DNA of 64,000 nucleotides from Caldisericales bacterium (GTDB taxonomy: Bacteria; Caldisericota; Caldisericia; JAAYUI01). Shown here in pieces: positions 1-8,623 of the stretch. The stretch lies in NCBI GenBank assembly GCA_012517765.1, contig JAAYUI010000026.1, positions 31,843-95,842 on the forward strand. Reading direction: 5' to 3'. Each line of letters starts with the position of its first letter. Position 1 is the first letter of the stretch. The notes beneath the pieces were generated by a model. The model saw nothing but the letters and a program-made list of their open reading frames with translations. It was not told the DNA's origin and did not search any database. The translations under genes and the position numbers were made by a program.

Positions 1-1059
1 AAAGTCAATCTTGAATTGTTCTTGTGAAAGCTGGACTGGTTTTCCATTCAGAGTCAGCAGGACCGATCCTTTGGCCATGCCTTCAATTGTGACTTTCTCG
101 CCCGTTATTGCTGCGCCATCCTGCGGGTTCGTGATTGCCAACTGGTGGTCACTTTTTTCAAGTCTTTCAATTTCAATTTGCTGTTCTGCATATCTTCCTG
201 CCGGATCGATTGACTTAATGGTATATTTTATCTTGCCAATGGGGAGTTTGATCTCTATTTCAAAAGTTCCTTCAACAGAGGATTTGGCAACCTCCTGGCC
301 GTCAAGAAGGATTATGTTTAGAGGATTTGTCTTGCCAAGGACAGTTTCTTTCTCTTCAGATGTTGTCTTCTCGTAGAACAGTTTCAGATCGGGGGCATCC
401 ATCCTGGTGTTCCAGGCATCGGATTCGTCTATGACTGATTTTTCGATTTTGAAGTGGTTTGACGGGTCAATTCTTGCCTGTCCAAGAGGGGGTATTCTTG
501 TGGTCATATTGCCTATTGTTACTGTTGCGTCGCTGCCCGAGTTCGGTACCCTGACAAGAAAATTGCCCATTCCATCGCCATTTACCCTCATGGTGCCTTT
601 TGTTGCCGAGGCCACAAAACCTGGTGCAATTATATCGTATATGGAGCCTGTTTCTCCGGTATTGACATAAATGCTTCCATAACCTTTCATAAGCCATCTT
701 GCCGAGCGAATGCCCATCATGGGGTTTATGTACAGAGAAATGATCTCAAGCTCTGTATTTTCGCCAATTCTTAATAGTGAGCCGTCATCCAGCCTCACTT
801 CTGCCCATGAACCTGACGCAGTCCTTATCCTGAAGCTGGTTGAGAGCTCGTCACCCTGTTTTGCACCTTCCCAGGATTCACTTGACGGATTGAATATCGT
901 TACCTCTCCGCTGGTCCTGAAGACATAGCTTTTTATCTGGCCAGAATTTGGTGCCAAAAATAAAACAAAACCAAATATGGCTATCAAAACGAAAATAACC
1001 CAGATATAAGTCAAAAGGCGTTTTTTCTGGTTTCCCTCGAATTCGGTATCTTTTGTCAT
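1..1059 (-). CDS. FecR-domain membrane-anchored protein, partial (C-terminus lies beyond window start)
   Basis: Missing from the ORF track because it runs off the edge. Reverse-strand translation from ATG (1057-1059) stays open to nt 1 (353 codons). It begins MTKDTEFEGNQKKRLLTYIWVIFVLIAIFGFVLF (TM anchor), then SWAEVRLDDGSLLRIGENTELEI (FecR-type sensor signature), then beta-rich Ig-like segments. Confidence 0.6.
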   Translation of the reverse strand, partial: MTKDTEFEGNQKKRLLTYIWVIFVLIAIFGFVLFLAPNSGQIKSYVFRTSGEVTIFNPSSESWEGAKQGDELSTSFRIRTASGSWAEVRLDDGSLLRIGENTELEIISLYINPMMGIRSARWLMKGYGSIYVNTGETGSIYDIIAPGFVASATKGTMRVNGDGMGNFLVRVPNSGSDATVTIGNMTTRIPPLGQARIDPSNHFKIEKSVIDESDAWNTRMDAPDLKLFYEKTTSEEKETVLGKTNPLNIILLDGQEVAKSSVEGTFEIEIKLPIGKIKYTIKSIDPAGRYAEQQIEIERLEKSDHQLAITNPQDGAAITGEKVTIEGMAKGSVLLTLNGKPVQLSQEQFKIDF

Positions 1060-1111
1060 TCGCTGGTATTATAGCCATTTGAAAGCGGTTGTCTATTGGC
1101 AAAACAACATA

Positions 1112-1139
1112 TTGACAAAAATTTTGTTGATAAATTAAT
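1112..1139 (+). promoter_or_regulatory. candidate sigma70-type promoter of clpC
   Basis: TTGACA (1112-1117), 16-nt spacer, ATTAAT (1134-1139), about 24 nt upstream of the clpC ATG. No CtsR-type GGTCAAA repeat seen. Confidence 0.4.
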
Positions 1140-1162
1140 CTTCACTTGCTACCATGTGAATC

Positions 1163-3595
1163 ATGAACTGGAGTAATTTGGACGAAAAAACGCAGCGGAT
1201 ATTTTATCTGGCGCAGGATGAAGCCTACGAGCTAGGAAATGACTATCTTGGCACGGAACACCTTCTTCTTGGCCTGATCCGTGAAAACACAAGTTTTGCA
1301 ATGCAGACCCTCAGAGAACTTGAGGTTGATTTTCAGGGGCTTCGCGATCGCATAGTGTCACTGGTAAGGGGTGTAAGGAATTCGGCCATCGGCCCTGTCC
1401 AGAAAAGCCACATAGTACTTTCGGAAAGGGCAAAGAGGGCACTCGATCTGGCAGAGAAGGAGATGAAGGCCCAGAACAGCACAAAGCTCACACCGGAACA
1501 TCTCCTCATAGGCATCCTTTCAGAGGCCGAAGGGCTTGCCGCCAGAATCCTTCGCGACATGGACATTGACCTGGACCGTTTCAGGTCTGCAATTGATGAA
1601 TCTGTGGAAGAACATGGACGTGATGGACATGAGAAAAAAGGAAAGAAATCTCTTGTAGAGCAATTTTCAAGGGACTTGACCGCGCTTGCCAGAAAGGGCA
1701 AACTTGACCCGACAGTAGGCAGGGCAGTTGAGATACAGAGGATCACGCAAATCCTTTCACGCAGGACAAAAAATAATCCTGTTCTTGTCGGTGATCCCGG
1801 GGTCGGGAAAACTGCCATAGTTGAAGGACTTGCGCAACGCATTGTTGATGGTGAGGTCCCGGAAACGTTAAGGGACAAAAGGGTTTTGGCGCTCGACCTT
1901 GCCGCTGTCATTGCCGGAACAAAATATAGGGGCGAGTTTGAGGAGAGACTGAAAGGGATACTTGATGAAATTGACCGTTCCCAGGGCAAGATAATTCTCT
2001 TCATAGACGAGATACACACAATCGTTGGTGCAGGTGCCGCAGAGGGTGCAATCGATGCATCGAATATCCTTAAACCAGCACTTGCAAGGGGTGAGCTCCA
2101 GTGTATCGGGGCCACGACAATGAACGAATACCGAAAATCTATTGAGAAAGATGCAGCCCTTGAAAGAAGGTTCCAGATGGTGCAGGTTGAGGAACCGACT
2201 GTCGAGGAGACTGTCAAAATCCTCATCGGGCTTGCTCCAAGATATGAAAACCACCACAAGGTGACCATCCAGCAGGCTGCACTCGAAGCCGCATCAAAAC
2301 TCTCTGCACAATATATTCAGGGAAGGTTCCTTCCTGACAAGGCAATTGACCTCATAGATGAGGCATGCGCGAAAGTAAGGCTCTCGGTGATGAACCTGCC
2401 GGAAAACATCAGGGAACTTGAAACCACAAAGCGCAGTCTCAGGAAAGAAAAGCAGTCTGCAGCCGAATCCCAGGAGTTTGAAAAAGCCGCCCAGCTTCGC
2501 GACAGGGAGAGGGAGATAGAAGACCAGCTCCGTATCAAGCGCGAGGAATGGCAGAAAGATGTCGACAAGCTGAGCCTTGTTGTCACGGCAGAAGACATTG
2601 CCGATATTGTCAGCCAGTGGACCGGAATACCGACGACAAGGCTCCTCCAGCAGGAAAGAGAGAGGCTACTCACCCTGGAAAAGGTCCTTCACGAGAGGAT
2701 CATTGGCCAGGACGAAGCTGTCGTTGCAGTATCAAAGGCCCTAAGAAGAGCAAGGGTTGGGCTTGCTGGAAGAAACAGGCCAATTGGATCTTTTGTATTT
2801 GTGGGTCCGAGTGGTGTTGGCAAAACGGAACTAGCCAGAGTGCTGGCAAACCACCTCTTTGGTTCCGAAAAGGCGTTGCTCAGGATAGACATGAGCGAGT
2901 ACATGGAGAAGCACGCTGTGAGCAGACTAATTGGTGCGCCTCCAGGCTATGTGGGTTTTGAGGAGGGTGGCCAACTCACTGAAAAAGTCAGGAGAAAACC
3001 ATTCTCTGTCGTGCTTTTCGACGAGATAGAGAAAGCCCATCCTGACGTATTCAATATTCTTTTGCAGATCATGGATGATGGCAGACTCACGGATAGCCAG
3101 GGCAGGCTTGTTGACTTCAGACATTCAATTGTCATCATGACCTCGAATATCGGCTCGCAGTGGAAGAACACAAAATCCCTCGGTTTTGCCAGTGCGGACA
3201 TTGAGGAAACCAGAGAAGATGAAAAAGAGGGTGACAGGCTCGACTCTGAGATTAAAAAGGTCTTCCGCCCGGAATTCCTGGGCAGGATTGACGGAATCAT
3301 AAGGTTCAAGCCACTGACCAAAGAGGAGCTTTGCCAGGTTGCTCGTCTCTTGATAAACAAACTCTCGGAAACACTCACCGATGAGGGGTTGAAAGTTGAT
3401 TTGACCGACAATGCCATCAAGGCGCTGGTTGACAAATCTTATGACCAGAAACTTGGCGCAAGACCGCTTGTCAGGGCAATACAGAACATGATTGAGGACC
3501 CGATTGCAGAGAAGACCCTTGCTGGTGAATTCTCAAGTGGTGATACGATAAAAATAGACCAGAACGGCAATGGCCTTACACTTTCCAAAGCCTGA
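1163..3595 (+). CDS. clpC: ATP-dependent Clp protease ATP-binding subunit ClpC
   Basis: 810 aa. Two Clp_N repeats ([22 protein letters not shown]), two AAA+ Walker A sites ([16 protein letters not shown]) and a UVR-like linker ([14 protein letters not shown]). Confidence 0.95.
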   Translation: MNWSNLDEKTQRIFYLAQDEAYELGNDYLGTEHLLLGLIRENTSFAMQTLRELEVDFQGLRDRIVSLVRGVRNSAIGPVQKSHIVLSERAKRALDLAEKEMKAQNSTKLTPEHLLIGILSEAEGLAARILRDMDIDLDRFRSAIDESVEEHGRDGHEKKGKKSLVEQFSRDLTALARKGKLDPTVGRAVEIQRITQILSRRTKNNPVLVGDPGVGKTAIVEGLAQRIVDGEVPETLRDKRVLALDLAAVIAGTKYRGEFEERLKGILDEIDRSQGKIILFIDEIHTIVGAGAAEGAIDASNILKPALARGELQCIGATTMNEYRKSIEKDAALERRFQMVQVEEPTVEETVKILIGLAPRYENHHKVTIQQAALEAASKLSAQYIQGRFLPDKAIDLIDEACAKVRLSVMNLPENIRELETTKRSLRKEKQSAAESQEFEKAAQLRDREREIEDQLRIKREEWQKDVDKLSLVVTAEDIADIVSQWTGIPTTRLLQQERERLLTLEKVLHERIIGQDEAVVAVSKALRRARVGLAGRNRPIGSFVFVGPSGVGKTELARVLANHLFGSEKALLRIDMSEYMEKHAVSRLIGAPPGYVGFEEGGQLTEKVRRKPFSVVLFDEIEKAHPDVFNILLQIMDDGRLTDSQGRLVDFRHSIVIMTSNIGSQWKNTKSLGFASADIEETREDEKEGDRLDSEIKKVFRPEFLGRIDGIIRFKPLTKEELCQVARLLINKLSETLTDEGLKVDLTDNAIKALVDKSYDQKLGARPLVRAIQNMIEDPIAEKTLAGEFSSGDTIKIDQNGNGLTLSKA

Positions 3596-3608
3596 TCCAC
3601 TCAAATTT

Positions 3609-3650
3609 AAAAGCCCTCAAATCTAATGGATTTGAGGGCTTTTTGTTTTT
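3609..3650. terminator. bidirectional rho-independent terminator between convergent clpC and the mgtE operon
   Basis: Perfect 11-bp stem gccctcaaatc (3613-3623) / gatttgagggc (3629-3639), 5-nt loop. A-run upstream and T-run (3640-3650) downstream. Confidence 0.75.
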
Positions 3651-3660
3651 ATAGGATTAT

Positions 3661-4215
3661 TTAGTCCAGGTATATAACAAAGCTGCATGTTTTTCCGCCC
3701 GAGCAGGCTGTCTGGACAATGTCTGCTTTCAGTGCGCGCTTCAGGGCAGATTCAAGCAGTTTTTTGACGTGCCCCTTGCAGCACTGGCAGTAGGTTGTGG
3801 AGAAAATCTCGTTTGACACCTTTGGCGTGCAGACACATTTACTCCCCCCGAAATTGACATAGACCTTGTTGCCCTTTTTTTCGACCTTCTTGCCAAAGAC
3901 GTGTGAATTGTCGACAGCTTTGAAAAAACTGTCCAGGTCCTTGTTTTCCTCCGAAAGTTTTTTCATGAGCTTAAGTCTGCTTCCGGTTGTGCAGCATGCG
4001 CATTCTTCCCTGACTTTCACCCTGGTTTCCTCTGGCAGAAGTGAATCCATCCTGTCCATGGCGATCTTCATCCAGGTCGCCTTGTCGGTGGGTCTGGAGG
4101 TTTTCAGTATCTTGTTGCCACCCTCCATTATTTTGTCGAATGTTTTCTTTTCTATGCCTGCTTTTCTAAGCTCCTCATCAAGTTTGGCTATTCTTCCAAA
4201 TACAGCTTTGTCCAT
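3661..4215 (-). CDS. Cys-rich hypothetical protein
   Basis: Start reset to ATG 4215 (AAGGAGG at 4221-4227, 5-nt spacer). 184 aa with clustered Cys (CACC, CVC, CQCC, CSGGKTC). Last gene of the mgtE-strand cluster. I cannot name a family with confidence. Confidence 0.6.
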   Translation of the reverse strand: MDKAVFGRIAKLDEELRKAGIEKKTFDKIMEGGNKILKTSRPTDKATWMKIAMDRMDSLLPEETRVKVREECACCTTGSRLKLMKKLSEENKDLDSFFKAVDNSHVFGKKVEKKGNKVYVNFGGSKCVCTPKVSNEIFSTTYCQCCKGHVKKLLESALKRALKADIVQTACSGGKTCSFVIYLD

Positions 4216-4260
4216 TTGTTCCTCCTTTATATTTTTGGAATAATGCATGCACTGGTTTTG

Positions 4261-5433
4261 TCACCTAGAAATTTTGTAACAGGTTGTTTTATTTTTGGAT
4301 TCAACAAAGAGGAGCTCACCATCCTGAATGATGTTTGTAACACCCTCTCCAAGGTTAGTTACTGAAAGCTCTCTGCCTGTTTTTGTATCACACAGAATGG
4401 CAAGCGTTGTCTGGTTTTCTCCAAATTTTGTCCGGACAAACATATCTTCAATGGAGAACATGAATTCCCTGACCGTTCTCTCTACCCTTGTTTCCCAAGC
4501 TTTGGTCCCTGATTCCGGATCGAACGCATACATGCTGAAATTTCCATGCCCAGTTGATACAACTGATATGAAAAATTCTTTTGTGGTCACCATCCCAAAC
4601 GGCCTGTCAAGTTTTACCTTTGTTTTTCCGGTGAAGATGTTTCTGCAGAATATGGACAATCCTCCTGCGACATCACAATCATGGCCAAGGAAGAATATGT
4701 AATCTCCAACAAAACACGGGGTATTTCCCGTCATGCCATCAAGATTTTTTGGGGCAAGCGGGCAGTCGTTCTGGGGTGTTGCCCATAATTGTGATTTTGT
4801 TTTCAGGTCTATACACATGACATGGTTCCCCGTCCAGAACTGCAGTCCTTTGTATGTCCCAGCCATTCGCTTTAGCGGCCCGGACCCTGTGCCTGCCTTC
4901 CAGAGCAGTTGTCCGTTTCTAGAATCAAAACACTGGATGATGCCATGCTGGATCAAGTAGAAATTATTCCCATCCACGAATGGCATTTTTTCCGGGTTGA
5001 TATCATCAAGCATTCCAAGTGACCATATCTGCTTGCCATCATTTTTGTTGAAACAATTGAATGAGTACTTGTCACCTTCGCGCTGGAGAACAAAGAGCCT
5101 ATCACCTTCGCGCTGGAAATTGTCGGCCCTTATGGCGTCCCAGTTAATGGGTTCCCTCTTGCCTTCTTTCCACAATTGGTTGCCAGTCTTGGAATCAAAG
5201 CATGCAAAAAGGGTCTGGTTTTCCATGTTTGGCCAGCCTGCGACAATGACACCGTCTTTTGCTACGAGGGGGATTGTCCTTCTCATCTCCCAGAGCTTTG
5301 CAAAGGATGCCTCGCCTCTTGCGATCCGGGCACTCACAGATGACAGGGCCATGACTACGCAAATTAGTGCAACTATCAGCTTGTTTTCTCTGTTTCTCAC
5401 CTTGAGTGGAATTTTATTCCATACTCTGTCCAA
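4261..5433 (-). CDS. membrane-anchored PQQ-like (BamB-like) beta-propeller repeat protein
   Basis: N-terminal TM (LIVALICVVMALSSV). Repeated blade motifs GNQLWK, GKQIWS, GQLLWK, SQLWAT, TKAWET. TTG start 3 nt after the mgtE stop; the start is uncertain. Confidence 0.7.
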   Translation of the reverse strand: MDRVWNKIPLKVRNRENKLIVALICVVMALSSVSARIARGEASFAKLWEMRRTIPLVAKDGVIVAGWPNMENQTLFACFDSKTGNQLWKEGKREPINWDAIRADNFQREGDRLFVLQREGDKYSFNCFNKNDGKQIWSLGMLDDINPEKMPFVDGNNFYLIQHGIIQCFDSRNGQLLWKAGTGSGPLKRMAGTYKGLQFWTGNHVMCIDLKTKSQLWATPQNDCPLAPKNLDGMTGNTPCFVGDYIFFLGHDCDVAGGLSIFCRNIFTGKTKVKLDRPFGMVTTKEFFISVVSTGHGNFSMYAFDPESGTKAWETRVERTVREFMFSIEDMFVRTKFGENQTTLAILCDTKTGRELSVTNLGEGVTNIIQDGELLFVESKNKTTCYKISR

Positions 5434-5436
5434 ATA

Positions 5437-6813
5437 CTATAGCCCAAGCAGCAGCTTGGCCAGTGAGAAATAAATCAGAAGTCCACTCATGTCAACGATT
5501 GTTGTCAATGCCGGGCTTGCAATGAGTGCCGGATCAAGCTTGATCGCAGATACAACAAGTGGCAATGTGGCACCGACTACAGTTGATGTTACAACCTGTA
5601 TTGAGAGGGCAAGAGAAATCATTATGCCTATATTGATCAGTGTATACCCTGCTGGCAATACCTCCCCGCTGGAGAGGAGTATTACTTTCAGGAAGGCGAG
5701 CAGTCCCAAAAGAACGCTCATCATGATTCCTGTGGCAAATTCCTTGCCTATTATCCTGAAGAAATGCTTTGGCGTTATCTCTTTGAGTGCGAGTGCCCTT
5801 ATGATGACCGTTGAGGACTGGGTGCCACAGTTGCCGCCGGTATCGGCAAGCATTGGCATGTACAGAGCAAGAATGATCAGTTTGGAAAGCGAATCCTGGA
5901 AAGTGTGGAGGATGGTTCCGCTTATCAGTCCCAATGCGGCCAGCGAGGCCACCCATGGTATTCTTTTGAGGAAGTTCTGGAATGGAGATGATTTTAGATA
6001 TGCCATTTCCCCTGCTGTCGGGACGATCTTTCCCATTCCGAGTATGTCTTCTGTTTGTTCCTCGGTTATGACATCTGCTGCATCATCATGCGTTATTATG
6101 CCAACTAGCTGGCCCCTGTCGTTTATTACAGGAATGGCAATAAGGTCATATTTTTGTATTGTCTCTGCAGCTTTTTCCTGGGGATCGGTTGTTTTTACCA
6201 TCTCGAGGTCTTCAAACATGACATCGGCCACTTTTTTGCGAGGATCATTTACAATCAGGTTTCTGAGGGAGATCATGCCCAAGAGCCTGTTTGAGCCATC
6301 AACCACATAAATATAATAGATCGTTTCCTTGTGCGGCCCTTCAAGCCTGACTTTCTCTGTCGCCTGGGCTATTGTCATGCTGGGGCCGACCGTGACGTAG
6401 TCAGCACTCATTAGGGCGCCACATGTACCTTCTTCCTGTTCGGCCAGTGATTTGAGCTGCTCCCTTTTTGCTTTTGCAAGCAATGGCATCAGGCTGTTCG
6501 AGAGGGGTTCGGGCAATTCATTGATGAGGTCTGCACCCTCATCGGAAAGCATGTGGGAAATGAGTGATGCGAGGTCTTCTTTTTTCAGTTTTTCGGCCAG
6601 CTCAACCTGTGTGTCCAGGTCAAGATAGCCCATGATTTCTCCGGACTGGTGTATCTCTATGCCCCTGAGGATCCTGAGTATTGTCTCCGGGTCGAGTTCT
6701 TCAATTGCCTCTGCAATGTCTGATGAGGAAAGCTCTGCACAATATTCCTCAATTGTCTTGAGCTTGCCCTCTTCAAGTAGTGACAGGAGTTGTTCCCTGA
6801 TTTCGTTTTTCAT
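5437..6813 (-). CDS. mgtE: magnesium transporter MgtE
   Basis: Start reset to the second Met (ATG 6813) with GGAGG (6821-6825) 7 nt upstream. Has the MgtE N-domain, tandem CBS region and C-terminal 5-TM channel domain (…GGNCGTQSSTVIIRAL…). Confidence 0.95.
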   Translation of the reverse strand: MKNEIREQLLSLLEEGKLKTIEEYCAELSSSDIAEAIEELDPETILRILRGIEIHQSGEIMGYLDLDTQVELAEKLKKEDLASLISHMLSDEGADLINELPEPLSNSLMPLLAKAKREQLKSLAEQEEGTCGALMSADYVTVGPSMTIAQATEKVRLEGPHKETIYYIYVVDGSNRLLGMISLRNLIVNDPRKKVADVMFEDLEMVKTTDPQEKAAETIQKYDLIAIPVINDRGQLVGIITHDDAADVITEEQTEDILGMGKIVPTAGEMAYLKSSPFQNFLKRIPWVASLAALGLISGTILHTFQDSLSKLIILALYMPMLADTGGNCGTQSSTVIIRALALKEITPKHFFRIIGKEFATGIMMSVLLGLLAFLKVILLSSGEVLPAGYTLINIGIMISLALSIQVVTSTVVGATLPLVVSAIKLDPALIASPALTTIVDMSGLLIYFSLAKLLLGL

Positions 6814-6950
6814 GCGCTTGCCTCCAAAAAAATGACTTGATGGCATGAGGCAAGCTTAAGAAGGGGTTAGGCCGGCCTCATGGCGCTGTTTGTACAACTA
6901 GGGTAAGGGCTAGGGCTATCAGATTCTATAGCTTCCATGAGGACCTCCTT
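6814..6950 (-). promoter_or_regulatory. structured mgtE 5' leader with four alternative-pairing segments (putative translation-coupled attenuator)
   Basis: RNA segments: S1 GGUCCUCAUGG (6945-6935), S2 CCAUGAGGCC (6883-6874), S3 GCUUGCCUCAUG (6855-6844), S4 GAGGCAAGC (6824-6816, covers 4 of 5 nt of the mgtE SD). S1:S2 pairs 8 bp (+2 after a bulge), S2:S3 8 bp, S3:S4 9 bp. Neighbouring pairings share nucleotides and are mutually exclusive. Confidence 0.45.
6867..6938 (-). CDS. putative 23-aa proline-rich leader peptide upstream of mgtE
   Basis: AAGGAGG (6944-6950), 5-nt spacer, ATG 6938. Translation MEAIESDSPSPYPSCTNSAMRPA, TAA at 6867-6869. The start codon lies in S1 and the last codons in S2 of the leader. 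Too short for the ORF track. Confidence 0.35.
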   Translation of the reverse strand: MEAIESDSPSPYPSCTNSAMRPA

Positions 6951-6969
6951 CTTTTTTTGCTTTTTATGT

Positions 6970-6998
6970 AGTTAAACAGCATGCCCGTGGTTTGTCAA
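6970..6998 (-). promoter_or_regulatory. candidate mgtE promoter
   Basis: Minus strand: TTGACA (6998-6993), 17-nt spacer, TTAACT (6975-6970) preceded by TG (extended -10 like). The -10 is weak. Confidence 0.3.
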
Positions 6999-7098
6999 CA
7001 CTATTTTATTTAGCTCCTGAAATTCGCTCCAATACAACATTAGTGGGCATCTTGGAATTTGACCTGGTTGGAGGGGGTAAAAGATTATTTTGAAGGAT

Positions 7099-7917
7099 CT
7101 ATTTTGCTTGTTTTTTGGTAGTGCATTCAACTCCGCATGAAGCAAGGAATCCGTCCAGATCGGTGTCTGTTCTTATCCCAAGCCTTGTGAGCGGGAAATC
7201 ATACCTTGTGGGATCATCAGGGTCGAATTTTCTGAAATTTTCAGTTATCTGAAGGGCCGTTTTCAGGTTTGCCTGGTTCCTGTCCGTGAGGCCAAGCTTT
7301 CTGCAAATGTTGAACATGTGTGTGTCCAGCGGGACGATTAGCCCCTTTTTTGGAACACCATTCCAGCCTCCAGGGTCGACATCGCTGTCCCTGACCATCC
7401 ACCTGAAATACAAATTCAGCCTTTTACAGGCAGAATCTTTCTCGGGTGCTGGAACAAGGCTGTTTTTGCACCCCCCGCCTATTATGCTGGACGTGAAAAA
7501 GCATTGTGCTTTAATTATCTCACCACCAGATTTTTTCAGGCCATGGACAAAACACTCGTTGAGACTGCCAAATTCCTTCAGGACACGCCTTGTTCCCAAA
7601 AGCATGGCGACAATCTCCTCACCAGTCGTAAATCTGTGCTTGAATCCTGCAAAGAGTTTTTCAAGGAAGCTGGGAGAAGTTTCAAGAAGAAACAGCCTTG
7701 GTGAGCTGCCAAGAACATCCAGGACCTTCCGGACAGACTTGAGGATCTGTGCGACCCTGCCATAAGCCAGCGATGAGGCAATGAGCCCAACTATTTCCCT
7801 GTCGCCAGTGTCCTGGTAAAGATACAGGAATTCCAGCGGGTCAGGATGCACAAACTCTTTTTTAGCGTATTGTTGATAAAGCTGCTCCAACCTTTCATGG
7901 AGCAGATCACTGTTCAC
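7099..7917 (-). CDS. TIGR02757/DUF2400-family protein
   Basis: Start reset to GTG 7917, which overlaps the hrb stop (GTGA, 7914-7917). The sequence [30 protein letters not shown]... is consistent with my recollection of this family. Last gene of the fprA-hrb transcription unit. Confidence 0.7.
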   Translation of the reverse strand: MNSDLLHERLEQLYQQYAKKEFVHPDPLEFLYLYQDTGDREIVGLIASSLAYGRVAQILKSVRKVLDVLGSSPRLFLLETSPSFLEKLFAGFKHRFTTGEEIVAMLLGTRRVLKEFGSLNECFVHGLKKSGGEIIKAQCFFTSSIIGGGCKNSLVPAPEKDSACKRLNLYFRWMVRDSDVDPGGWNGVPKKGLIVPLDTHMFNICRKLGLTDRNQANLKTALQITENFRKFDPDDPTRYDFPLTRLGIRTDTDLDGFLASCGVECTTKKQAK

Positions 7918-8615
7918 TCCGGCGAGAATTCTGACTTGGCAGCGCCGCAGATTGGGCAGACCCAATTGTCGGGGAGCTTTTCAAAAGGTGTTCCCGCCGG
8001 AACTCCATTGTCCGGATCGCCCTTTGCAGGGTCATAAACGTAGCCGCAAACGTTACATATGTACTTTTTCATGGTTTTTTCCTCCTGTGGTTTGTTTTCT
8101 TCTTTTGCAGTTTCCTGGAAAGTAGGGGCCGATTTTGGGGCCTTGCCTTTTCTTTGGTGGTAAATCTCGTAAGTGAGAGGTTTCCCATCTCTGAGGATTT
8201 CGGCCGAAATCACCTCCCCCAAAAATACTGTGTGGGTGCCGGCATCAAGCTGGCCAACCACCTTTGCCTCCATTGTGGCAAGACTATTTTCTATTACCAG
8301 TGGGCAACCCAAGCCTTCTTTGTAGACTGACTTCGAGAGTTTGTCAGTGTCCCTGCCACCCCTGAATCCGAACAGGCCAATAAATTCCATTGGCGTGTTT
8401 TCTTCCAGGACCGATACAGCAAAAACCTTTCCCTTTTCAATTATTTCATGGGTGAGGTTTTCCTTGTTGATTGAAATGGCGATTTTTGGAGGTTCCGATG
8501 TGACCTGGAAGACCGTGTTTGCGATCTGGCCGTTTGCTCTGTTGCCGTCGCACCGCGATGTGACAACGTACATGCCGTAAGATATTGTCCAGAGGGCTTT
8601 TTTGTCCAGTGGCAT
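7914..8615 (-). CDS. hrb: flavin-reductase-domain / rubredoxin fusion (high-molecular-weight rubredoxin, Hrb-like)
   Basis: Start reset to ATG 8615 (AAGGAG 5 nt upstream). N-terminal flavin reductase-like domain. C-terminal rubredoxin with CNVCGY...CPICG (two CxxC pairs). Confidence 0.85.
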   Translation of the reverse strand: MPLDKKALWTISYGMYVVTSRCDGNRANGQIANTVFQVTSEPPKIAISINKENLTHEIIEKGKVFAVSVLEENTPMEFIGLFGFRGGRDTDKLSKSVYKEGLGCPLVIENSLATMEAKVVGQLDAGTHTVFLGEVISAEILRDGKPLTYEIYHQRKGKAPKSAPTFQETAKEENKPQEEKTMKKYICNVCGYVYDPAKGDPDNGVPAGTPFEKLPDNWVCPICGAAKSEFSPE

Positions 8616-8623
8616 TTTTCTCC

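Noticed and set aside
1154-1159. ATG-TGA 'start-stop' mini-ORF 4 nt upstream of the clpC start
   Set aside because: No SD precedes it and a two-codon ORF is expected by chance in an AT-rich leader. There is not enough evidence for a regulatory role.
6814-6846. N-terminal extensions given by the longest-ORF track, including mgtE 6846, hrb 8645, perR 12979, HIT 16419, dgkA 19613, PEGA 23181, symporter 26511, ABC ATPase 32158, pdxS 36201, yebC 37678, ruvA 38900, paralog B 47778, dnaN 51279 and SpoIID 63086
   Set aside because: In each case a downstream start has a proper SD at 5-9 nt, or a stop-start overlap with the preceding gene, and yields the canonical family N-terminus. The extensions overlap upstream genes or regulatory elements.
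6860-6950. Possible tRNA or M-box riboswitch in the 250-nt gap upstream of mgtE
   Set aside because: The long stem (CCUCAUGG/CCAUGAGG) is not an acceptor-stem or T-arm layout, and there is no GTTCGAATC-like T-loop. I also could not find elements I associate with the M-box, such as the conserved GGUGAGGC-like 5' segment or the CUAAAGC-like 3' segment. I reinterpreted the region as a leader-ORF attenuator. A covariance-model scan is still needed to exclude a divergent M-box.
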